DNA from: Campylobacterota bacterium
GTDB lineage: Bacteria > Campylobacterota > Campylobacteria > Campylobacterales > Arcobacteraceae
DNA length: 64,000 nt
Direction: 5' to 3'
Assembly: GCA_051746405.1 (NCBI GenBank)
Contig: JBNJFB010000002.1
Location: 1 to 64,000 of the forward strand
Shown: positions 49,265 through 58,976 of the stretch, one piece after another
Layout of the letters: every line of letters begins with the position of its first letter
Position numbering within the stretch: the stretch's first letter is position 1
The notes under the pieces: generated by a model
Seen by the model: the letters and a program-made list of their open reading frames with translations, nothing else
What the model was told of the DNA's origin: nothing
Database searches by the model: none
Position numbers and translations under genes: made by a program

Positions 49265-51442
49265 TTATAATGAAGCTGAAGATAATTCTATTCTGTCTCT
49301 TCTAACATTTAATACTTTTATTTCGATAGTATCCCCAACATTTAAAACATCAGAAACATTACTTACTCTCTCTTTAGATATTTTTGAGATATGAAGTAGT
49401 CCCTCACCACCTTTAGGTAGTGATACAAATGCACCAAAATCAACTATTCTTTCAACTTTTCCATCTAAGATATCATCTGGCTTATATAAGTTTTCAAAGT
49501 TTACACTTTTTGAATCTTTTTTTGATGTTGCATTATTTGAAATTGATTTTATATGTTCACAAGCATCTAAAACATTCTGCTTAGAACTACCACTAACTTT
49601 TACATTACCTGAATCCCTATCTAAATCAATAGCAACAGAGAATTTCTCAATTATTTCTTTTATAGTAGAACCTGCTTTTCCTATTACAACCATAACTTTA
49701 CTAGGATCAATTGCAAACTGCTCAACTAATGGTAATGCTTCACTTGGAACAATATCTTCACTAGCTTCATTCATAAGCTTTAAAATATGCTCTCTTCCCT
49801 CTTTTGCTTGCAGTAACGCCTCTTTTAAAACTGATAGTTCAATTCCACCTAGTTTTATATCCATTTGAAGTGCTGTTATTCCATCATCTGTTCCAGCTAC
49901 TTTAAAGTCCATATCACCATCATGGTCTTCAAGGCCCATAATATCTGTTAAAACTGAATATTCATCATTTTCTACAACCATTCCCATAGCAACACCTGCT
50001 ACTAAATTAGATACAGGAACACCTGCTGCTTTTAAAGCTAAAGAACCACCACAAACAGTAGCCATAGATGAAGAACCATTTGATTCTAAGATTTCAGAAA
50101 CTAATCTTACAGTTTCAAAATAGTCTTTATCAATTGTTGATTCAAGAGCTTTTTTAGCTAAATTTCCATGTCCTAACTCTCTTCTTCCTACTCCAAATGT
50201 AGGCTTAGCTTCTCCAACAGAGAAACCAGGGAAGTTATAGTGAACCATAAAGTTTTCAACTGATGTTGACTTTTCTGTTAAAACTTCATACATTTGTCCA
50301 TCTTTAGGGCTTGCTAATGTTGCTATAACCAATGCTTGAGTTTCACCTCTTGTAAATAAACAAGAAGAGTGAGTTGCAGGTAGTATATTTGTTTCAATAC
50401 TTATAGGTCTTACATCTTTTAAACCTCTACCATCAGCTCTAACTTTATCTTCAACTATCATCTTTCTTACTAATTCTCTTTTTACTTGAGTAACAGCTTC
50501 ATAAACAACATCTTGCTCAATTTCATTCTCTTTACAGTACTCATCTTCAACAATAGTTTTTGTAACATCTTTTAATTGAGTTGCTCTTTCACTTTTTGCA
50601 AGTTTTTTTATTGCCTCTTTTATATCTGAATAGTAGTTATCTCTAACATAATCAATAATCTCTTTTTCAATAACAAACTCAACTAACTTCACTTCTTGCT
50701 TCTTTTTACTAACACTTTGGAAGCCTTCTTCATAAGTTAAATTTGCCTCTTTTAATGCTGTTTGCGCAACTTCTATGGCCTTTACTAACTCATCTTCTGT
50801 AACTTCATTTGGTTTATGAATTTTAGTAAATGCTTCAATATCAACTTCAACTAACTCCGTAGAGGATATTGACTTCATTTCAATCATAAGTAACTCATCT
50901 TTTGAACCTGCTACATATAAATCAAGTGTAGAATCTTGCATTTGACTAGGAGATGGATTTACAACATACTGCTGTTCAATTTTACCTACTCTAACAGCAC
51001 AAACTGATTTTTCAATAGGTAAGTTTGATGTGTAAAGTGCTGCATTCGCAGCATTTAAAGCTAGTGCTTGTAAGTCAACATCTTTATCAGCACTTAAAAC
51101 CATAACTGTAATTGTAGTAGGATAGATATAACCTTTTGGGAAAAGTGGTCTTAAACTTCTATCTATTATTCTTGAAGTTAGTGTCTCAAAATCACTTGGT
51201 TTTGATTCTCTTTTTATAAAACCACCAGGTAGTTTAGCTGCTGCATAAGTTTTTTCAATATACTGTACTGTAAGTGGTGTAAAATCCTCTTGTGTTGGAT
51301 TATCAAACTCACTTACAACTGTTGCTAAAATAACTGCATTTCCTAATCTAGCTAAAACTGAACCATTTGCTTGTTTTGCTACTTTCTCAAATTCAAAAAT
51401 CTCTTCTTTTCCATTTAACTCAAAATCACATACTGTTGACAT
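49265..51442 (-). CDS. pnp: Polynucleotide phosphorylase
   Basis: RRELGHG, SNGSSSMA, DGDMDFK, KH and S1 domains. Confidence 0.96.
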   Translation of the reverse strand: MSTVCDFELNGKEEIFEFEKVAKQANGSVLARLGNAVILATVVSEFDNPTQEDFTPLTVQYIEKTYAAAKLPGGFIKRESKPSDFETLTSRIIDRSLRPLFPKGYIYPTTITVMVLSADKDVDLQALALNAANAALYTSNLPIEKSVCAVRVGKIEQQYVVNPSPSQMQDSTLDLYVAGSKDELLMIEMKSISSTELVEVDIEAFTKIHKPNEVTEDELVKAIEVAQTALKEANLTYEEGFQSVSKKKQEVKLVEFVIEKEIIDYVRDNYYSDIKEAIKKLAKSERATQLKDVTKTIVEDEYCKENEIEQDVVYEAVTQVKRELVRKMIVEDKVRADGRGLKDVRPISIETNILPATHSSCLFTRGETQALVIATLASPKDGQMYEVLTEKSTSVENFMVHYNFPGFSVGEAKPTFGVGRRELGHGNLAKKALESTIDKDYFETVRLVSEILESNGSSSMATVCGGSLALKAAGVPVSNLVAGVAMGMVVENDEYSVLTDIMGLEDHDGDMDFKVAGTDDGITALQMDIKLGGIELSVLKEALLQAKEGREHILKLMNEASEDIVPSEALPLVEQFAIDPSKVMVVIGKAGSTIKEIIEKFSVAIDLDRDSGNVKVSGSSKQNVLDACEHIKSISNNATSKKDSKSVNFENLYKPDDILDGKVERIVDFGAFVSLPKGGEGLLHISKISKERVSNVSDVLNVGDTIEIKVLNVRRDRIELSSASL

Positions 51443-51450
51443 AACTATTT

Positions 51451-52107
51451 CTATCCTTTTTTTATTTTTTCTATATCTTCAAAACTTAACTCTTCTAATG
51501 AATCATAATAAAAGTCTATTGCAATAAAATGATCTAACTTTTCAATAAAATATAAATCATCAGCAATTGACTCTATAGTTTGAACACTTGTACTTGGTAA
51601 TATTGGTGTTGCAACTGATATAGATTTTGCACCTAAATTAATGGCTGTTTTAATACAAGCCATCATAGTAAGTCCTGTATTAATACCCTCATCTACTATT
51701 AAAACATTTTTATATTCAAACGATAAGTTCTCACTACCATGCCTAAATCTTTCAACATCTAATAAAAGTTTCTCTTCATACATCTGTTTTGATTTTGCAT
51801 AAATAAAATCTAAACTAATATTAAAGTTTTTAACTAACTCTTCGTGTATTACAACCTCTTCATGCTCAGTTACAATTGCTATTTCACACTCATCATTTTG
51901 AGGTGCCAAAATTTTTTCACTAAACATTATATCAAGTTTTGCATTTAATGTATCAGCAATAACCTTTGCAATTTCAAATCCGCCAAAAGAACTAGATAAA
52001 ACAATCCAATTTTCAAGCTTCATTTGATCAATAGGTAGTATATCAAGTAACCTATAAGCTGCAACTTCTCTATTTTTAAAATATATACTGTTTTGTGGAC
52101 TATTCAT
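51451..52107 (-). CDS. Phosphoribosyltransferase family protein
   Basis: VLIVDEGINTGLT PRPP-binding loop. Confidence 0.85.
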   Translation of the reverse strand: MNSPQNSIYFKNREVAAYRLLDILPIDQMKLENWIVLSSSFGGFEIAKVIADTLNAKLDIMFSEKILAPQNDECEIAIVTEHEEVVIHEELVKNFNISLDFIYAKSKQMYEEKLLLDVERFRHGSENLSFEYKNVLIVDEGINTGLTMMACIKTAINLGAKSISVATPILPSTSVQTIESIADDLYFIEKLDHFIAIDFYYDSLEELSFEDIEKIKKG

Positions 52108-54218
52108 TAATTATCCTCAAATTCATATTTTTGTTTAACTCCACCTAATGGCTTTAACTGTAACTGTATATATAAAATATTCTGCTTAATTCCTCTTTGA
52201 TTTATACTAGTTGATGGTATAACTTCTTTTTCATACTTTAAATTAAGCCCCCAGCATCTTTCATCTATTCCAAAGCCAACACCTTGTTTATTTCTAATAC
52301 TATCTTGGATATTATAGTTTTCATAATAAGTTATAGAGTTTGTATTTGTTATATCATAAGTGGTACTTAACCTATAAGACTCAAGGTTTTCTAAACCTGA
52401 GTTTTCACTCTCTTTTGATTTGTAATAACCCATTGAAAACGTTAAATCATTATAACTATATGAAAAGCTTGCACTATTTTCAATAAATTTATCATCTTGC
52501 ATATTATAGATATTTTTAGTACTAACACTACCATAATCGTAGCTATATTTTAAAAAGTTTTCTAAATTTTGAAATTTTGCTTTTCCATTATCATAAATAA
52601 TTGATTGAGTTAACCTATGATTAATAATCTCTTTTAAAGACTCACCTTTGAAAAAAGATTGATTTAATGACAGCTCCATTCTCTCTTGATTTACATTAGT
52701 AGGAAAAGGAGATAAAAGCTTTTCTTTATTTGAGTCTTTATCAACTGTTATATTATATAAATCCCCTTTTTCACTAATATTTTCAGGTTTACTATACTTT
52801 GCACTAAGGTTTAAAGTGTGTAAAAAATTATCATAAGGCTTTATTAAATCAGTCCCAACTAAAAAAGAGGTTTCATTTTGAATTAATGTACCATCATCTA
52901 AGCTTGTATTTGCATTGCTATACTCATACTGATTAATAACAATATTATTTGAAACATTTGCGTATAAATAATCATTAAAAAAATACTTACTATAACTTAC
53001 AGGTACACTTAAAGTATAAATATTTGCATTAACCCCCTCTTTTCTTTCATAGTTTGAGTAACCTATATTAGCATTATAAGTAAGATTATCTAAAAAAGAG
53101 AGCTCTTTTGTGTATGAGTGAAGTTGCAGATTTGGTAACTCTTGCAAGGTTTCATCATTGGAGTCTAATTCTGTATCTATATAGTATCTTAAATAAGCTC
53201 CTCCATAATATTCTGATGTATTATAAAAGTAATTAATCTTTGATTCAACTTTTTTTTCAGTAGATAGATTATCCTCTTCATTCTCTATAGTTTTATACTC
53301 AATATCATTTAACCAGTTAATTGAAGCATAAAGTCCATCTTGTGTATTACTATTTGAAAAAAGTTTTGTTCTACTATAATCAATATTAAAACCATAATGC
53401 TTTTCATTTTTTAGTTCAAACTCTTTTTGATAATTGCTATTTTCTCTAAAAAAACCTGTCTTAATATCTAGTCTTGAATATGGTGAGTCAGCTAGTCTAT
53501 AATAGGTATAAAGCCCCAAACCCCTATCTGTTCTGATTTGAGGTACAAACTCTAAATCATAGCTTTTTGAAGGGGCATAATAGATTGGCTGTGCATAATA
53601 AAAGCCTTGATTTTTTGAGTAACCTACAGTTGGGGTTAATAATCCAGTTCTTCTTGACTTATCCGTTGAAAAACCTAAATAGGGAGTATAGAAAACAGGG
53701 ATATCTCCTATATATAATCTTGTATTATAGGTATTAAGCCACTTATCTTCCGTATCATAGTTTGCAGATGATACTTTTATACTCCAAGCTGGATCAATAC
53801 AGTCACACGAAGATAAAATTGAACTATCTAAATCCACATCATCAGCTCTTTTTTGTGATTTTTGTGAGTTTATCCATAAGTTTGTAGTTTTATCCATTAT
53901 CAATACAGGAGCTTGATCGTAGTTTTCATTATCTAAATCTAAAAAAGCGTAATTACTTTGGGTTTGAAGATTGTTATTTTTTAAGACAAAAACATCATCA
54001 AAAAGTTCAAAACTATTGTTTTTTTTATTATAAATTATTTTGTTTGCAGATATATAATAAGTTTTAGAGAATACTACAACATCACCTATTGCTGTTACAA
54101 TATCACCATCTGTCTTCACATCTTTTGCTAAAAATTGGAATTTCTCTTGTGAACTAACTTCATTTGATAAAGCTAGTGATGATAATATTGTTAAAGGTAG
54201 AACTATTTTTTTAAGCAT
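52107..54218 (-). CDS. lptD: LPS-assembly protein LptD
   Basis: Signal peptide, SSCDC..PAW, PVFYTPY, RRTGLLTP, C-terminal Cys. Confidence 0.9.
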   Translation of the reverse strand: MLKKIVLPLTILSSLALSNEVSSQEKFQFLAKDVKTDGDIVTAIGDVVVFSKTYYISANKIIYNKKNNSFELFDDVFVLKNNNLQTQSNYAFLDLDNENYDQAPVLIMDKTTNLWINSQKSQKRADDVDLDSSILSSCDCIDPAWSIKVSSANYDTEDKWLNTYNTRLYIGDIPVFYTPYLGFSTDKSRRTGLLTPTVGYSKNQGFYYAQPIYYAPSKSYDLEFVPQIRTDRGLGLYTYYRLADSPYSRLDIKTGFFRENSNYQKEFELKNEKHYGFNIDYSRTKLFSNSNTQDGLYASINWLNDIEYKTIENEEDNLSTEKKVESKINYFYNTSEYYGGAYLRYYIDTELDSNDETLQELPNLQLHSYTKELSFLDNLTYNANIGYSNYERKEGVNANIYTLSVPVSYSKYFFNDYLYANVSNNIVINQYEYSNANTSLDDGTLIQNETSFLVGTDLIKPYDNFLHTLNLSAKYSKPENISEKGDLYNITVDKDSNKEKLLSPFPTNVNQERMELSLNQSFFKGESLKEIINHRLTQSIIYDNGKAKFQNLENFLKYSYDYGSVSTKNIYNMQDDKFIENSASFSYSYNDLTFSMGYYKSKESENSGLENLESYRLSTTYDITNTNSITYYENYNIQDSIRNKQGVGFGIDERCWGLNLKYEKEVIPSTSINQRGIKQNILYIQLQLKPLGGVKQKYEFEDN

Positions 54219-54651
54219 TTACAACCAACGTTTTACCAGCAAAATCATGGAAACTTCTTTTCCCGTCTGTAAAAAAAGCTAATATAAAACCAATATATAC
54301 AAACCACTCTGAAATAACTCTACCTATAGCTCTTAATAGTGAAGCAAATAGACTTATTCTATCTAAACTTTCAAAATCAACAACTCTTGTTTTTGTAATA
54401 ATTTTACCCACAGTTGCACCATAATACCAAACAAAAAAAGTATGATATAATACTTTTAACGTAATTAAAGGCACAACTATTTCAACTTTCATTAAGTAAG
54501 CCATGCCATCAACACTATTTCCAACATTTGTAATATTATCCCAAAAAATTGCAATTATGATAAAAGTAACTAGTAAATCATCAATAACAAAAGCCATAGC
54601 TCTTGCTCTTAATGAAGCTAATTCAAAGTTATCTGAATCTGTATTATTCAT
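54211..54651 (-). CDS. RDD family membrane protein
   Basis: RAMAFVIDD, GATVGK, SFHDFAGKT. Confidence 0.9.
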   Translation of the reverse strand: MNNTDSDNFELASLRARAMAFVIDDLLVTFIIIAIFWDNITNVGNSVDGMAYLMKVEIVVPLITLKVLYHTFFVWYYGATVGKIITKTRVVDFESLDRISLFASLLRAIGRVISEWFVYIGFILAFFTDGKRSFHDFAGKTLVVNA

Positions 54652-54660
54652 TATTAATCT

Positions 54661-55926
54661 TTAATTTAAAGCTTGATATGCAATATCAGTTCTACACTTT
54701 TTACCAGCAAAATGAACTTGCCCACATAACTCATATGCTCTATTTCTAGCTTCTTTAATTGTAGTACCAAAACCTACACATACAAGAACTCTTCCACCTG
54801 TAGCCATTAGTTTTCCATCTTCACTTTTAACACCCGCATAAGAAATATGTGAATTTAAAGCAAGTTTTTCATCAGTAATTTCATCTACAATAATTTCAGC
54901 AGGTTCTGATGAGGAGTACGGGTAGTCTTTACTAGCCATTACGACACCTACTCCATACTCATCTTTTATCTTAATATCTAATTTATCAAGCTGCTTTGTA
55001 GCACCTTTATAAAATAAATCACTAACAGGAGTTTTCAATAAGGGCATTAATATTTCACACTCAGGGTCACCAAATCTTACATTATACTCTAAAATAATTG
55101 GCTCACTATTTACAACCATAACACCTATAAATAAAACACCCTCAAAAGGTGCACCCTCTTTTTTCATACCTGCAAGTGTTGGCTTAATAACCTTTTGTTC
55201 TACTTTTTTGTAAATATCATCATTTACTAAAGGTGTTGGTGCATATGCTCCCATACCTCCTGTATTTGGTCCAGTATCCCCATCACCTACTCTTTTATGG
55301 TCTTGAGCTGCTGGAAGAACTTTATAGTTTTCACCATCACATATAGCAAAAATAGATAACTCATATCCATCTAAATACTCTTCAACCACTATAGATGTTC
55401 CAGCATCACCAAAAGAAGAACCACTTAACATATCAGATGCAGCTTGCTTTGCTTCATCTTTAGTTTGAGCGATAATCACACCTTTACCTGCACATAAACC
55501 ATCTGCTTTTACTACTATTGGCTCATTCATTGTATCTATAAACTCATGAGCCTTTTTTTCACTTTTAGTTTCAATAAACGCTGCTGTTGGTATGTCGTAT
55601 TTTTTAAGAATATTTTTCATATATACTTTAGAGCCCTCAAGTTGAGCTGCAGCACGACTAGGTCCAAAAATAGTCAAATCATTCTCTTTAAATATATCAA
55701 CAACACCATCTACTAATGGAGCTTCAGGTCCAACAATTGTTAAATCAATAAAATTATCTTTTGCCCACTTAGCTAATTCATTATAGTCACTAATATTTAT
55801 ATTTTCACCTAACTTTGAAGTTGCACCATTTCCTGGCATAAAAAATAGATTATGAGCATTCTCTTTATATATTGCTAATCCAATAGAGTACTCTCTACCC
55901 CCACTACCTAAAATCAATATATTCAC
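54661..55926 (-). CDS. purD: Phosphoribosylamine-glycine ligase
   Basis: GSGGRE, GPEAPL, GPNTGGMG, RFGDPE. Confidence 0.97.
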   Translation of the reverse strand: MNILILGSGGREYSIGLAIYKENAHNLFFMPGNGATSKLGENINISDYNELAKWAKDNFIDLTIVGPEAPLVDGVVDIFKENDLTIFGPSRAAAQLEGSKVYMKNILKKYDIPTAAFIETKSEKKAHEFIDTMNEPIVVKADGLCAGKGVIIAQTKDEAKQAASDMLSGSSFGDAGTSIVVEEYLDGYELSIFAICDGENYKVLPAAQDHKRVGDGDTGPNTGGMGAYAPTPLVNDDIYKKVEQKVIKPTLAGMKKEGAPFEGVLFIGVMVVNSEPIILEYNVRFGDPECEILMPLLKTPVSDLFYKGATKQLDKLDIKIKDEYGVGVVMASKDYPYSSSEPAEIIVDEITDEKLALNSHISYAGVKSEDGKLMATGGRVLVCVGFGTTIKEARNRAYELCGQVHFAGKKCRTDIAYQALN

Positions 55927-55958
55927 GATAATTCCCTTGTATTAAAAATTAAAATAGA

Positions 55959-56126
55959 ATCCAAGTAGCCGTTAACCATCAAATGGCCCTAAAAGCCAAA
56001 ATATTAGCATAAGAGATGCACTTTAGGAGCAAAAACACAATGAAATGCTGCACACCATGCATCTACAATTACACAAGTAAAAATATTATCGGACCCTCAA
56101 CAATGGAAATCCCGTACTACTCAGAT
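55959..56126 (-). ncRNA. ssrS: 6S RNA (the Campylobacterota 'purD motif')
   Basis: About 170 nt between hemD and purD; ends pair (ATCTGAGTAG / CTACTTGGAT); inner AGATGCA / TGCATCT stem; TGATAAAAT extended -10 at 56133-56141. Confidence 0.85.
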
Positions 56127-56166
56127 ATCAGAATTTTATCAAAATTTATTAAATATCAGTTTAAAT

Positions 56167-56799
56167 TTAAAGTTTAAAGGCAAGTTTTACACACTCTTGT
56201 ACTGAGGTTTCTTCACTTATAAAATATTCAATATATTTTGGTAAATATTTAGCAGTTGTTTTACCTATAACAACTGCTTTACATGTATCATTCCAATTAT
56301 AGTTTTTAAAAAAACACTCTACACTAGAAGGTGAAGTAAAAATTATAATTGAGTTATCTTCTATATTTATACTACTTTTTTTACATACTGTTTCATAAGT
56401 AATAATTGAATCCACATCAATACCATTTTCTTTTAGTATTTCTAATAGTGAAGATACAGTTTTTTTTGCTTTTATATATAAAGCTTTTTTATTTTTAAGC
56501 TTATGTAATAACTCATATGCAAACTCATTTCCATGACCACTTTGTCCTACAAACTTCAGTTTTCCACCTAACTGTTCTAATGTATCTGCTGTTTTTGAAG
56601 CAATTACATAGGAGTCTTTATTTTTCCAATTTGATGTGAGCTTGTCAAGTGAGTATATGGCATTTTTTGATGTGAAAATCAATGCATCATATTTATCTAA
56701 ATTTAGATTCTTAACTTCCAAATAGGCTATTTTAAAAACATCTAAATTAATAGTATTATCAAATTTTAAACTATTTGTTAAGTAGATATTTCTAGACAA
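56167..56799 (-). CDS. hemD: Uroporphyrinogen-III synthase
   Basis: LIFTSKNA, YET, FTSPSSV, IGKTTA; start placed at TTG 56799 just past the der stop. Confidence 0.88.
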   Translation of the reverse strand: MSRNIYLTNSLKFDNTINLDVFKIAYLEVKNLNLDKYDALIFTSKNAIYSLDKLTSNWKNKDSYVIASKTADTLEQLGGKLKFVGQSGHGNEFAYELLHKLKNKKALYIKAKKTVSSLLEILKENGIDVDSIITYETVCKKSSINIEDNSIIIFTSPSSVECFFKNYNWNDTCKAVVIGKTTAKYLPKYIEYFISEETSVQECVKLAFKL

Positions 56800-56800
56800 A

Positions 56801-58234
56801 TTAGCTATCTTTTTGTGCATCTTCAAAGTCAGCAAATTTGTCTTTTTTACCCCTTGCAATTACATGAATAGGAGTACCCTCAAAATTAAAGTTATCCCTT
56901 AGAGTATTTACTATATATCTTTTATATGAAAAGTGTAGTAAATTTGGTTTATTCATAATCAATGCCACTTTTGCAGGTTTTGTTGAAAATTGAGTTGCAA
57001 AATATATTCTAAGATAAGCACCATTTGGACTTGGTAAAGCATGTTTAATAATTGCTTGTTGAATTACTTCATTTAATCTTGATGTTGGTACTCTTCTTAT
57101 ATAGTTTTCATGAATTTCTAGGATTTTATCTTTTAATCTTCCTATAGATCTACCTGTTTTAGCAGAAATTGCAACAATAGGTGCATACTCTAAAAATCTA
57201 AATCTTCTTCGAATCTCCTCTTGAAGTTTTTCAAAGGTATCCATATTTTCATCCCACTTATTTAAAACAATAATAGTCCCCAAACCATATTCATCAACTA
57301 AACCTGCAATTTTTTCATCTAAATCTGCAAATTTTTCAGTTGCATCTAATATAACAAGTGCAATATTTGCTTTTTCAAGCATTGATTTTGTTCTCATTAA
57401 TGCATATTTCTCAATACCATCAATTTTACCTCTTCTTCTTAGACCTGCTGTATCCACAAAAGTTATAGTTTTATCTTTATACTCAAAAGATTCATTAACA
57501 GGATCAATAGTAGTCCCAGCTATTTCAGAAACAACTGATCTATTCTTTCCTATTAATGCATTTAATGTTGAAGATTTTCCAACATTTACTTTACCAATAA
57601 TGGCAACATTTATATTATGCTCATCATCTTCTTCTTGAGAGCTTATTTCTATATTTTCTACATCACTATTTTCATCAAGTTTTTCTAAAGCTTTTAGCTC
57701 TTCATTTGATAATTCAGGTTCTAAGTTTTCAGGAAGCTTATTATAGACCCATTGAAATAGATCTTTTGTTCCTCTATTATGTGATACAGAAATACCAATT
57801 AGATTTTCATCTGAAATACCAAACTCAAAAAACTCCCAAAGTCTCTCTTTTTCTTTGTCATTATCTATTTTATTTACAACTAAAGCTAAGTCTTTACCTA
57901 ATCTTTGAAGCTCATAAAATAGTTCTTTATCTTTTTCATCAGGCAATTTTTTACCATCAACCATAAAAAGTATTATATCAGCCTCTTTTGCAGTCTGTAC
58001 TGCATTGTCTTTTACTTTTGAAAAGATGGTGTGTTTTGTTTCTTCAATTCCACCTGTATCTAACATTAAAGCTGGTTTGTCAAAAATATCAATCTCTTGC
58101 TTTTTTACATCTCTTGTTGTACCTGCTAATTCAGATACAATTGCAATTCTTTGCTTCGCAATTCTATTAAAAAGTGAAGACTTACCAACATTTGGTTGCC
58201 CAATTAATGCAATTTTTTTTAATTCGTTTTTCAT
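56801..58234 (-). CDS. der: Ribosome biogenesis GTPase Der
   Basis: Two G domains (GQPNVGKSS, GKVNVGKSS) and a KH-like C-terminus. Confidence 0.96.
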   Translation of the reverse strand: MKNELKKIALIGQPNVGKSSLFNRIAKQRIAIVSELAGTTRDVKKQEIDIFDKPALMLDTGGIEETKHTIFSKVKDNAVQTAKEADIILFMVDGKKLPDEKDKELFYELQRLGKDLALVVNKIDNDKEKERLWEFFEFGISDENLIGISVSHNRGTKDLFQWVYNKLPENLEPELSNEELKALEKLDENSDVENIEISSQEEDDEHNINVAIIGKVNVGKSSTLNALIGKNRSVVSEIAGTTIDPVNESFEYKDKTITFVDTAGLRRRGKIDGIEKYALMRTKSMLEKANIALVILDATEKFADLDEKIAGLVDEYGLGTIIVLNKWDENMDTFEKLQEEIRRRFRFLEYAPIVAISAKTGRSIGRLKDKILEIHENYIRRVPTSRLNEVIQQAIIKHALPSPNGAYLRIYFATQFSTKPAKVALIMNKPNLLHFSYKRYIVNTLRDNFNFEGTPIHVIARGKKDKFADFEDAQKDS

Positions 58235-58262
58235 TTACTCTTATTTCCTGTATTTATAAAAT

Positions 58263-58297
58263 AAAAAAGGCATTAGCACTTAAGCTAATACCTTTTT
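58263..58297 (-). terminator. Intrinsic terminator after hpf
   Basis: AAAAAGGTATTAGC / GCTAATGCCTTTTTT on the minus strand. Confidence 0.8.
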
Positions 58298-58320
58298 ATA
58301 CTAAACTAACATATTATAGT

Positions 58321-58863
58321 TTAATATAACCCAAATTTACCTTCAAGAGATTTTTTGTAAAGTACTCTCATATTATCATCTTTATCAATAAATACTTTAA
58401 ATAGTGCATCTGAAGCTTTTAACTCTTCTAATGCTTCTTCAATATCAACTGGTTTGTATGAAGTTAATTTAGCAGGTTCAATCTCATCTTCAAATCTAGC
58501 TAACTCATTTGCTATTTCATCTTCAATCTCTTGTGATACCACTTCTGAAAGTTTTGTTGCTTTATGAGCAGTAATTTTATCATGATGTCTTCTTAAAGCT
58601 TTAGATACTCTATCAACAGCGATATCAATAGCTGAATATAAATCTTTATCTTTTTGTTTAACAACAATTGTATCTAAGTGAGCTACATTTAAAGTAAATT
58701 CAAATGTAAATACTTTTTTACCTTTTCTATCTTCTTGCTCAATAATAGCATTAACTGAAATAATATCTAAGTTATATTTTTTGAATATTTCTATAGAACT
58801 ATTGATGTAATCTTTAATTGGTTCAGTTAGGTCTAGATGTCTTCCTACAATACTTGTATTCAT
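58321..58863 (-). CDS. hpf: Ribosome hibernation promoting factor (long form)
   Basis: GRHLDLTEPIKDY, DLYSAID, C-terminal KPVDIEEA domain. Confidence 0.92.
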   Translation of the reverse strand: MNTSIVGRHLDLTEPIKDYINSSIEIFKKYNLDIISVNAIIEQEDRKGKKVFTFEFTLNVAHLDTIVVKQKDKDLYSAIDIAVDRVSKALRRHHDKITAHKATKLSEVVSQEIEDEIANELARFEDEIEPAKLTSYKPVDIEEALEELKASDALFKVFIDKDDNMRVLYKKSLEGKFGLY

Positions 58864-58976
58864 AACAAACTCCTTAATTATAATTTATTTATTTTAACAT
58901 AAAAAGATTAAATAAACCATACAATATATGCACAAAATGATGGTTTTATGGGCTTATACTATATTTACTTAGTATA